The notes below the pieces were generated by a model. That model searched no databases. It was given only the letters and a program-made list of their open reading frames with translations, and was not told the DNA's origin. A stretch of 63,958 bases of DNA, filler included, from Octopus bimaculoides (Eukaryota), in the NCBI RefSeq assembly GCF_001194135.2. It is 6 parts of 4 records of this genome, joined end to end, with 100 filler letters (N's around TTAATTAATTAA, not from the genome) between each part and the next. Parts side by side here need not be neighbours in the genome. Positions count along the whole stretch, not along the records: positions 1 to 16,827 come from NC_068992.1; 5 more parts are not named here. One strand, given 5' to 3'. Positions 1-10,648 of this stretch are shown in pieces. The position numbers and the translations under genes are program-made. The stretch's first letter is position 1. Each line of letters begins with the position of its first letter.

Positions 1-694
1 ATATATATATACATATATATATCAACATATGCATATATCCATACATATATGTACATACCTACATCTATATGTATACATACATGCATATATGGGTATAGGA
101 CATCGAAGGCAAGCACAATACGCGACATCGTTGGAACAGTTTTTCCCGCAAATCAAATTAAATAAAATCGTTGGCTATGAACTTTAGATTCTTCCATTCT
201 TACCAGTATATTATCATTTGCATAATCAGCTTTGAAAATTTATCAAAGAGATAAAAATGTTCTACTTTTGTAATCTATCAAATTATTACCATGCAGGATT
301 CCAGCACGAAAGAAACCATTCTAATCAAGGTAGGGTGGCATTATGTTTCTGTATTGAAACGCAATTTATACTTTCATGTACATATCTACAGCTCCTGACA
401 TAGCCGTAGATGATATCCTTTACCTGAATTGACCCTAATCTGTATAGGAAGGATGGAAGAATCTAAAGTTCATAGCCAACAATTCAAATATTAATAAGAT
501 AAGTTTTAATAAATTTAGTTTACGGATCTTTATTCTATATGTACTTAGAAATGTTGAATAACACTTATGGGTATGTTTTTAAATATTAGTGAGAATACAG
601 AGATCATATGTAAGTCATAATATACTGGCTGGAATGGAACGATCTAAGATTCAAGGCAAAGACTTTCAAATATTAATAAGACCTCAACATTAGT

Positions 695-1072
695 TTCAGA
701 ATTCATCCAAGGCTAGGACCACGGGGTATACGTCACCTACCAAATTCAAGATCATAACACACAAATACACTACAACACAATTTCTTTCCTCGACAGGGCC
801 CTGCCATATTTAACATTGTCTCAAAACAGATTAAAGAGGAATAGGACCCCATCATATTTAAACGGAATCTGGACAAATTTCTTCGAGGGATATCATATAA
901 GCCACCTATACCTCACTCAGCAAGAACTCCCTACTCGAATAGGCCTTGATACCACAAAACTTGACTTACAAAGGATTTAGAAAATGTTATCAGGTGGTGC
1001 TATTAAGTTAGACATGGCCTGGGCCAATCTTTGGTCGAAACATATCTAAGTGTTATCTAAGTTTCCTAAGTT
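695..1072 (+). mobile_element. 3' end of a CR1/L2-type LINE (decayed ORF2 C-terminus, 3' UTR and tandem tail)
   Basis: Frame from 698 reads RIHPRLGPRGIRHLPNSRS*HTNTLQHNFFPRQGPAIFNIVSKQIKEE*DPIIFKRNLDKFLRGISYKPP, matching the recalled HPRLG...GPxLFNxLP...FKxxLDKFL C-terminal pattern. It ends in repeated (t/c)ctaagt units before (TA)n. Confidence 0.65.
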
Positions 1073-1980
1073 TTATATATATATATATATATATATATNN
1101 NNNNNNNNNNNNNNNNNNNNNNNNNNNNNNNNNNNNNNNNNNNNNNNNNNNNNNNNNNNNNNNNNNNNNNNNNNNNNNNNNNNNNNNNNNNNNNNNNNNN
1201 NNNNNNNNNNNNNNNNNNNNNNNNNNNNNNNNNNNNNNNNNNNNNNNNNNNNNNNNNNNNNNNNNNNNNNNNNNNNNNNNNNNNNNNNNNNNNNNNNNNN
1301 NNNNNNNNNNNNNNNNNNNNNNNNNNNNNNNNNNNNNNNNNNNNNNNNNNNNNNNNNNNNNNNNNNNNNNNNNNNNNNNNNNNNNNNNNNNNNNNNNNNN
1401 NNNNNNNNNNNNNNNNNNNNNNNNNNNNNNNNNNNNNNNNNNNNNNNNNNNNNNNNNNNNNNNNNNNNNNNNNNNNNNNNNNNNNNNNNNNNNNNNNNNN
1501 NNNNNNNNNNNNNNNNNNNNNNNNNNNNNNNNNNNNNNNNNNNNNNNNNNNNNNNNNNNNNNNNNNNNNNNNNNNNNNNNNNNNNNNNNNNNNNNNNNNN
1601 NNNNNNNNNNNNNNNNNNNNNNNNNNNNNNNNNNNNNNNNNNNNNNNNNNNNNNNNNNNNNNNNNNNNNNNNNNNNNNNNNNNNNNNNNNNNNNNNNNNN
1701 NNNNNNNNNNNNNNNNNNNNNNNNNNNNNNNNNNATATATGGTGTATATATTAACATAGATGTATATATGTCTATATGATGATTGAAGTTCGAAATCGGC
1801 TGAAGAAATGGCTGTTTACTTCATTTTTGAATTTATTTCACCATGAAATATTGCTTTAGCTTGATTTCTCGCTTTCTGTCAATTAATGAAGTTAGTGCTT
1901 TGTCTGGCTCTTCGAGTTGCTTTTATACTGTTATTTCTAATATTTGCTGGTACTAATTTGTTCCCTCCTTTATTATCAAG

Positions 1981-2572
1981 GCAGTACCAGGCAGTGGCTC
2001 TCAATGCCCTGATGCACTACAAGGCAGTGGCTATCATGCTCTCGTGCAGTACCAGGCAGTGACTCTCATGGCTTTTCATCTCAAATAATTGGAAGGCTTA
2101 TCATGTAAATTGTTTTGTCATGGTATAAAAGATGGGCTACAGCAAATATTCTGCTCAATACCACAGATTTGATTGTCAGTTGTTTGACCTTAACCAGTTG
2201 AGCATGTCCCTTAGTGGCTGACGATATGTGCATCTCTGATCACGAGCGGAAGTAGTGGAGGACTATCATAGCCATATGTTGTGAGGAATTCTTTAGGGTT
2301 TGAATAATTCACCTCTGGAAACATAGGTGTTTTATTCATAATCCTTAAAACAAACCTTATTCAGTGACCTTTTGAGTGGAATAGGCTACACGATCTGAAG
2401 AAAACTTTAACTGGGACACACTTGGAAGGTCATGCGCTGTTTATCTTGATATGAGATCACCATGTCACTCACGTATGGTTCTGATGCATGTAGCCGGTGT
2501 ACCCTTATGAGACAGGTAGTCGTGATGGTATATTAGTCTTCATATATTTGTACCCTAGTATCAATTTGATGC
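1981..2572. repeat. ~550-bp interspersed repeat, copy 1, with a triplicated ~33-bp terminal unit
   Basis: Collinear with 55251-55749 (shared blocks such as ttgtcagttgtttgacc and ttatcttgatatgagatcaccatgtcac). The gcagtaccaggcagtggctctc-like unit occurs three times at 1981-2075. Confidence 0.85.
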
Positions 2573-3145
2573 AGGAGGATGGAAAAGTAACGATACTTTG
2601 GGATTATGATTTTCAGACGGTTAGTGTAATCGAACACAGTTGGCCGGATATTGTCATATTGAATAAGAGAGACAAATACCGTCAGATCATTGATGTACCC
2701 ATTCCAATATTGTGAGTAAAGAGGTTGTGAGTAAAAAATTACCAAGTCGTCCGAATTGAAAGAGCATGTGGTAAGACTGTATGGAATGCGAAAGCGTAAT
2801 GTAAAAGTGATACATTACATTGTATTCCCATTGTATTCTTTTATGTGCAAAGCTGTCACATCTACTTACCAAGTGGGTCACATTTTCCACACTCTTTCCA
2901 CAGAGTCGACATTTCTGGGTGTCAGATGTTAGTGGTCGAAGCGTTAGGCTCAATCCCATTGAAACTTCAAGACCTCTTTAGGCCACCGGAAATCCCATGC
3001 AGGATAGATGTCTTGCAAAAAGCAGCCTTATTGGACATAACCCACATCGTATGGAAAGTGTTATCTGCCTGAGGTCCTTGTTGTGACTTGACAGATGACT
3101 AACGACTCCGGTGCATTTTTACCTACACTGTGTTACGAAGGAATG

Positions 3146-3190
<45 letters not shown>

Positions 3191-3205
3191 TTAATAATAA
3201 TAATA
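2573..3205 (+). mobile_element. R4/Dong-type (RLE clade) non-LTR retrotransposon 3' fragment with (AAT)n tail
   Basis: EDGKVTILWDYDFQT..IEHSWPDIVILNK..IIDVPIP, then KITKSSELKEHVVRLYGMRKRNVKVI and LVVEALGSIP...LQKAALL..HIVWKVLSA*: a PD-(D/E)xK restriction-like endonuclease C-terminus, followed by a short 3' UTR and an AAT tail. Confidence 0.85.
2830..2928 (-). mobile_element. Inverted CCHC zinc-knuckle segment of an R4/Dong element, inserted inside the RLE domain
   Basis: Minus strand reads TSDTQKCRLCGKSVENVTHLVSRCDSFA (CxxC-x7-H-x4-C), typical of RLE-clade ORF2. Confidence 0.85.
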
Positions 3206-3249
3206 ATAATGATGATGATGATGATGATGATAAGAAGAAGAAGAAGAAT

Positions 3250-3420
3250 TTCGGTGGAGTGTGCAAGTCAAGTACATCAGCTCCACTGCTCTACTTGTAT
3301 TTATTTTAGAGACCCCGAAACAATCGAAGGAAAAGTCAACCTCGGCAAAGTTTCAACACACAATGTGCAGACGAACGAAATGTCGCTAAGCCTTTTGCCC
3401 AGCGCTCTACGGTTCTGCCT
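3250..3420 (-). mobile_element. tRNA-derived SINE family B, decayed copy
   Basis: Reverse complement aligns with 33341-33540 (ggcagaa...ttagc...ttgccgaggttgactt...ttcggggtc). Confidence 0.7.
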
Positions 3421-5437
3421 TAATCCTTAAAATTAATATTAAGAACCGAATAGAATTTTCAGTGTACAAGTGTTTGGGGTGGAAAAGTTTTCATAAGAGG
3501 AAAGAACCATGGCAAGGCTGATGGCCATAGAGGGAATTTCATTGGTTAAAATTTAGTAAACATTGCTGAGGTGATGGCAGTCGTAATAGTGATGGGTATG
3601 ATAACGATGGACCAACCCTTAAAATGATGACATGCCAGTGTATATACTGTCTATATATAAAACTAAGGAATGCATGTTCTGAAATATTAATTCTGATTTA
3701 AAAAAAATAATTCTCCCGAACGTGATTCTATTCACATTGCTAAATATAAAAGGATATGAAGAAAGAAGAAGAAGGAGGGGAGGAGTGGCGAAGAAGATGA
3801 AGAACAAAATGATGAAGTAGAAGTTATTGCTTCTTCTGATGAGAAAGTTGATTGTTGTGGTGGTAGTGATGATGATGATGATGAAGGATGAATTTTTTGT
3901 TGGTGATGATAATGATGATTATGAAGTGATGAAGAAGAAAGGGAAGACGAAGAAAGAGAAGAAAAAAAGAATAAACCGAAGAAGGCAACTAACAATTAAC
4001 GATATAAATAAGTATATGAAAATTCTGTTGTTCATGCAGATTATCAGGAGAAAGAAGACGAAAGATAAGAGTAGCAGAATGCAATGCATTAACATACTGG
4101 GGGAACTGATGGCGGAGTAAGATGTCGATGTCAATAATAGCATATATTTAAGATTACTGCTCTACAGAAATAGAATCCTATCTTTATTCACAAAGGGACT
4201 AATACTGAATTTTTTCGCGATTTCACTGAAATTTTATTTCTACTTTCCTTATTCTCCGTAGAGTCATCTTTGCATTCATTCTCTTTTATTCCCTTCATTT
4301 GAAACGAGAAAATCATTTTTCCACATCTGCACTACAGATTCATAGTAAATGTCAATTCCAAGATATCCTTTGGCAATTTACACTTACAATATGACCATAA
4401 CTGACTTGAATGGAAACCTGCAATTGTTATCATAATGTTACATAGGTTCATATACGTAATATATATGTAATTTATATATGTAATTTCGTATGTACAACAG
4501 TAAACATTTCGTTTTACGTAATTCTCAGATGAAAAGGGAGTGCACCTCTAAGTACGTATGTAATCATGTATTTGTGCACGAATTTAAATCACCAGTGAAC
4601 TAAATCTCCATATTCTGTATAAATATGTGTGCATGCATATGTAAATGCTTGCATATGTGTGTGTGTGTGTGTGTGTGTGCGTGTGTGTGTCTGCGTGCGT
4701 TCTCAGACGACATTTAAATGTAAGCACCTTAAATCCTGTAAAATTAGGTGAATTTGAGACTCATGGGATTTTCAGAGGACGGCAGTCTTAAATAGAGGTT
4801 GAGCAACGTTAGCAAGCGTGGCAAATACACTGACTGTAGTCGCTGTTTGCAACAATGGTAGATGCATCAACCTGTTTTTTATTTAATTTTGTATGATGAA
4901 ATTAGATCTCATTTGGATGCTACATAATTCATTTACTTTATAGATGTATGAAAGATAAAGAATGGATCTCTATTCATTAATTTCTCGGGAAATACTTGCG
5001 TGGGAAAACAATGTCTATCTGTGGACGGTATATATTTTATACTATAATCACATTTACAAAATTTCTGTGACCAATTCCAAATTTACTAAATGAGAAAATA
5101 TGCAATCCAGGATTCATTAAAAGCCTAATTACGAATAATTATGATTAATTATTTTATATACAAGAGTGAAAACAATGCCTAGCAATGTATTTAATACAAG
5201 TACATACCGAAAAACTCTCAGCAATAGTTTGTTCCTTTATCGTATTTACTGCTTTCTCTATATGACAGTTCCAAATCGTTTGGCGCAGATTTCTTACAGA
5301 CATCTTGTGCTGTTTCCAGGCTAACACCTCTTATACAACAACATTAGTCAATCGTCAAATGAATGACGACCTCTCCATGTAATGGGTTGCATATTTATAT
5401 ATACGTATATATATATATGCATACATACGTATATATA

Positions 5438-5470
<33 letters not shown>

Positions 5471-5869
5471 NNNNNNNNNNNNNNNNNNNNNNNNNNNNNN
5501 NNNNNNNNNNNNNNNNNNNNNNNNNNNNNNNNNNNNNNNNNNNNNNNNNNNNNNNNNNNNNNNNNNNNNNNNNNNNNNNNNNNNNNNNNNNNNNNNNNNN
5601 NNNNNNNNNNNNNNNNNNNNNNNNNNNNNNNNNNNNNNNNNNNNNNNNNNNNNNNNNNNNNNNNNNNNNNNNNNNNNNNNNNNNNNNNNNNNNNNNNNNN
5701 NNNNNNNNNNNNNNNNNNNNNNNNNNNNNNNNNNNNNNNNNNNNNNNNNNNNNNNNNNNNNNNNNNNNNNNNNNNNNNNNNNNNNNNNNNNNNNNNNNNN
5801 NNNNNNNNNNNNNNNNNNNNNNNNNNNNNNNNNNNNNNNATATCGAAAAAGTGAAAACAAGCAATGTTA

Positions 5870-6160
5870 AATCTCTGAACGCGGTATTGACAGTAACTGC
5901 ACGATAAAGTGAAGTATATTTGCCATTTAAATGTGGCTGACCCCTAAGGGTGGATGTTACTGTTGCTTTTAGCCCCAGGAGAACATCTCCTCCAGCTGGC
6001 TTATCGACACACATCTGTGTCCTGTCTATTTTTGCCAAGGGAAGTTATCCCTCCCATCTTGGTCTGCGATACGTACGGACCCGGCGATTATCGTACGCTG
6101 AAGAAGGGAAATAACCCTGAAACCCATGGAAACTCGTTAGTTATTTTGTTGCTATAACGA
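5870..6160 (+). mobile_element. Probable PLE pseudo-LTR relic with a partial hammerhead motif
   Basis: ctgaaga (6098-6104), helix aggg-aaataa-ccct and gaaa are present. Helix III/cleavage site is not intact. The segment follows a (TA)n gap. Confidence 0.4.
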
Positions 6161-6670
6161 TATAAAATAATTTTTCGTATGTATGTATACGAATACATAT
6201 ACAACATACGTAAATAAAACTGGAATGAAACGTGAAGGCGATGAATCGTAGATTATTTTTAAGTAGATAACTTTCTTCTTGCCCTGGCTAAATTTACTGA
6301 TTGATCTGAAATTGTTTAGGCTCAGCACCTAATAATATTCTAGGATTTTGCTCCCACATTTTCCACTTCTATCCATTTGTACCCAGGTTAGCGTTTCTAT
6401 TATGATAATCATTTATATTTACTTTTATAATTGGAAAAAAATGATATTTCTGAATGCAGATTTTGTTCAAACTTACAAATTGTTAATGCCAGCATATCTA
6501 TAACAAATAAATACATTTTAACACAACGTTTGTTATATAATATCATTAATTAATAATTAGGTTTTTTAATGAGTGATTTTTTGTAGAAGTTTAATGTTTT
6601 TAATATGTACATATCTTGATACATTAGCAAATCAATACAGACTAATAAGAAATCACAAAACATTATGACT

Positions 6671-6752
6671 ATGTTTATGCCTTGTACATATAAAAGCGTT
6701 CCTCTATAACTGTTATAGAGAAAAATCTGCTATATGTACAAGGCATAAATAT
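6671..6752. repeat. Imperfect ~80-bp palindrome
   Basis: Perfect 19-bp outer arms (6674-6692/6731-6749) and perfect 9-bp inner arms (6702-6710/6712-6720). Confidence 0.9.
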
Positions 6753-6852
6753 CTCTCGATGTCTGATTGAAGTCTTTCATTTGAAGTCTTTCATATTATC
6801 TTTTTCTTGATATAACAACATATTTTCATTTCTTAAAATATAACCTAGAAAA

Positions 6853-7015
6853 CTCCGCCTAAGCGCGCTGTACCATTAAACAAACGATCCATAACATCGA
6901 GTACCACCTTTTGTGGTACGGAATATCGAACAACGGACCTCGCAAACATCGGCTAAGCGCGCTGCACCATTAAACTAAGTGACCCATTACCTCGAACGCT
7001 ATCTTTTGTAGCGCT
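6853..7015 (-). repeat. ~94-bp tandem duplication with tRNA-like A/B box motifs
   Basis: ctaagcgcgctgYaccattaaac occurs at 6859 and 6953. The minus strand has tagtttaatggt (A-box-like) and gttcgatattcc (B-box-like). Confidence 0.55.
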
Positions 7016-9359
7016 AAATGTCTTAAAATTGAAAAGTATGTTGATTTCTTACAATGATCACCATTTTCTTCGTTAGTTAAAGCCACACCACTTATTTTTG
7101 TAGCTACTATTTCTAGGAGAGATTTTCGCCGTAAGATTCACCTCATAGATTCCTTCCATTTCATCACATGTATTCTATAGTGCTCTTTAACAAAAAACTG
7201 GAATGTTCAGATTGAAAATCGAGTTGGTGGGGTGACTACTAATTATGTTTTGTCACTTAATCCACACAACTTTTTCCTAACTAATACATTTTAATGCGAC
7301 TTTTTCCTAATCATTCTTCACAACGAGCATATGCTTTTAAATCCAATTAATCTCTGCTTGTTATTTAAAATAACAGATATTTTGATTCAAAATCAATTTT
7401 CTTGCCTTAATCTCCTATTTTTAATCTCACGTCTTTTGACCTAACATTTGATGAAACAAACATCAATTATTTTATCTCAAAATGTAGCTGAACACTGGAA
7501 TACGACTGCTATAACAAATTGCATTTAGTTTGGTCGAGAACCAAATTAGTTATGAATGCTAGCATTGCTCGCCAGAAACTAAATTTTGACCTTAATATAT
7601 CCACCTACTGCCATGACTGAATGATAAGCGTCCATTTTCACACACACACAAACGCATACACACACATACACACACGTATATAAATATATGTGTGCGTGTG
7701 TGTGTATGTGTGTATTTATACAGAAGAGTGTTGTATATTTGGTTAGCAAAGGAACAATTTAGCAAGCTTCTCACACATTTATTGTTTTTTTGCTTTTTCG
7801 TTTATAGACGAAAATAATCCACGATTTAACTTCCAAGCTCATCTTTAGATCTGCCGAGTTTTTAGATTGCCGCGACAGATATTTTCTGTTTACAAACTTT
7901 CATCAATATATTACAGATGTAAGCACATAATTATTTATAAGCCACAATTTGAAGCCAAACATGAAAACAATGTCTTTTTGTGATTCCACTCTAAATACGC
8001 ATTTGGTTTTTAGGTATGGAATAATTTCAAATTATACGAACAATGAAGGAAGTCCATTAGGAAATTTCCAAACGTTACCAGAATACGAGTCAACTGCTTA
8101 CAATCTCATAATCCTCTGTAAACAACAAACAGCTTTCAATTAAGAAACGGTATTAAAAATAGAAGGCTTAGTTCGTTAATATCCAAGCTGTAAGAATATT
8201 TCTGACTTACGGTTAGGATTTATTATTCCTTGAAACTTGACCTGGCACTAAATGTGCAAATACTGTAAAGTCAACGTTCTGATCAACAATGGCGAACGTC
8301 TTTTGGAGGCTTTCGCATAATTGAGTGCATTGTAATAAAGATGTGAGGAGAACTGAAACTTTATTATCTCTGTCACGACTAACGCTTTGATGAGAGTTAA
8401 ATGATGTAGGCTTTCTAAAAATATTAGACAACTTCCACATGAAATAATAGCTAACATAATTGATATATTAATGAATTAATGTCAAGAGTCACATTTACGT
8501 TTATAGTAGAATATAAGCAGCTAACTGAAACCTTGATAGGCCGAAACCGTTTGATTCATTGTATTTTCTGGGTTCTCTGAATATGATCATAACTAAATAT
8601 ATGACACTTATTTACGAAAAAGGCGATAGACTCGCCATCACAATCCATATTACTGGTCTAGACACAGACGTTGCTCCAGGTGCTTGCGTTTACTACTGAC
8701 GCCACGTATTGTGTGTTGCGGGAGTTCATCAGAGGTCATGTATCTTCTATATGTGGAGTTCGTATGTTGTATATATTCAATGATCACGTTTAGCATAAGA
8801 GACTATCGCAAAAGAAAATATCCTTGTTATAGACATACACACAGACACACGCGCGCACACGCACACACACATACACACACACACACATACACACACACAC
8901 ATACGGACATACACACAGAAATACAGACAGACAGACAGACACACACATATATATATAAATAAATGGAGTTAAACGACTTCCGACACATTTTTCGAAGATA
9001 TCACTGGAATTATTCCAAAGGAAAACAATGGTGGAAAACAATGTAATCTCTTCAAAGTAATGAAGAAATGAAACTCGTCAATAAGACATTTTAACAGAAT
9101 ATGATGCATATGTATAGTGATTAATTGAACGCTATTAAATTAAAAACAAAAAAAAAACGATAGAGGATATAACGTCAAACGTATCCTATACGAAGAGGAG
9201 GGGTAAAGGAAAGAAAAAAAATAAATGAAAAGTATATAACGATATGAAAATTAAATAAAAACCCAAAGTCTTGGTAAAAGATATATCTAGTGAATGTGAA
9301 ATGTAAGAAAAAGTTAATGTTTAAATTATATATAATAATAGATATCACTTATATGATCT

Positions 9360-9740
9360 AAAGGTATATTTCTGCCAATGTTTACATCGGTATGTACGGT
9401 CCATAACCGTGTTTACAAGGGGAGTTTTAGAAAAAAAGGAATAAAAAATAGTTCAGAATTACAGAGAAGACAGAATTCCTTGACTTTATCATAAAGGACC
9501 AAAATTGAGAGAATCAATCAATCTAAATTAAATTGGTAATTGTGGTCTTTTAGATACCAAATTAATTTACTAAGACCTGTACTGATACGTTTATTCCTAT
9601 CTCTAAATGTAGAGTAATGATTAGAAATTACTTTAGATAACTGAGAACAGGAATTCCTAATAATAGCTGCACGAAACTGCAAAGGAAAAGTAGATTTAAT
9701 TTGCCTCCCATAAAAATGCACACACCTCTGAGTGTATATA
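9360..9740 (-). mobile_element. PLE GIY-YIG endonuclease relic, same type as 51581-52021
   Basis: Minus strand SNHYSTFRDRNKRISTGLSKLIWYLKDHNYQFNLD*LIL...YDKVKEFCLLCNSELFFI...CKHWQKY parallels YNEYLSSFKNRNKANSTGLSRYLWEL...CQHCLTE...CLHATKY of the element at 52 kb. Confidence 0.8.
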
Positions 9741-10147
9741 TANNNNNNNNNNNNNNNNNNNNNNNNNNNNNNNNNNNNNNNNNNNNNNNNNNNNNNNNNN
9801 NNNNNNNNNNNNNNNNNNNNNNNNNNNNNNNNNNNNNNNNNNNNNNNNNNNNNNNNNNNNNNNNNNNNNNNNNNNNNNNNNNNNNNNNNNNNNNNNNNNN
9901 NNNNNNNNNNNNNNNNNNNNNNNNNNNNNNNNNNNNNNNNNNNNNNNNNNNNNNNNNNNNNNNNNNNNNNNNNNNNNNNNNNNNNNNNNNNNNNNNNNNN
10001 NNNNNNNNNNNNNNNNNNNNNNNNNNNNNNNNNNNNNNNNNNNNNNNNNNNNNNNNNNNNNNNNNNNNNNNNNNNNNNNNNNNNNNNNATATATACGGTT
10101 AAAATAACGTTAATGATTTTCATCAGGTAGTCAGCATGGTATAAAAA

Positions 10148-10596
10148 ATGTATAGGTAATTTATACATTAAACTAACAATTATATACATATGTATACAAT
10201 TATATTGAGGGAACACAGACGAAAATGACCCATTTCCAAGATCCTTCAAGTTCCAGGACACTAAAAAACTACACAAAACTCCAGATTAAATATGCCCATG
10301 GCTGAAAACACGTTAGTTAAAGAATATTTAAATGACTTCACGTTAACTGTGAATTGGCTCCAATGTCTAGATTAATTTACATATTGGACCCAATTCAGTA
10401 TTAACGGGAAGTCATTTTAATATTTTTTTCACTCGCCTGTTTTCAGGCATGGGTATAATTGATCTGGAGTTTATGGTAGTATTCGAGTATACCGGCATTT
10501 CAAGCATGGTGGAGATGGGTCACTTTTGCCTTTCCTCCCTTAATAGTATTATATACATTCACATATAATTATGAATTTAATAAATATATATACATG

Positions 10597-10597
<1 letters not shown>
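10148..10597. mobile_element. Old loopless foldback / MITE-like palindrome, axis at ~10373
   Basis: 10226-10373 versus the reverse complement of 10374-10522 has ~35 differences in 149 columns by hand (~77%). Weaker symmetry extends to ~10148/10597. Confidence 0.8.

Positions 10598-10648
<51 letters not shown>

Noticed and set aside
451-681. Two ~50-bp imperfect direct repeats (451-499, 631-681)
   Set aside because: Only two diverged AT-rich units next to a LINE relic; no array structure.
1050-1757. Long ORFs spanning N runs (also 5355, 9518, 23027, 25557, 31401, 37241, 38599, 39802, 46275, 57308 and others)
   Set aside because: They are open only because N codons translate as X; the flanks are microsatellite.
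3619-4143. Acidic/basic low-complexity ORFs
   Set aside because: Degenerate (GAA)/(GAT) repeats with no domain or splice support.
8213-8457. Minus-strand ORF with KVSVLLTSLL...ESLQKT, faintly like Cys-loop receptor M2
   Set aside because: Spacing is four residues short, there is no hydrophobic M1 or M3, and splice sites are weak.
8520-8555. HHR-like ctgaaa...ggccgaaaccgt
   Set aside because: Core lacks G8/A9 and helices I and III do not form.
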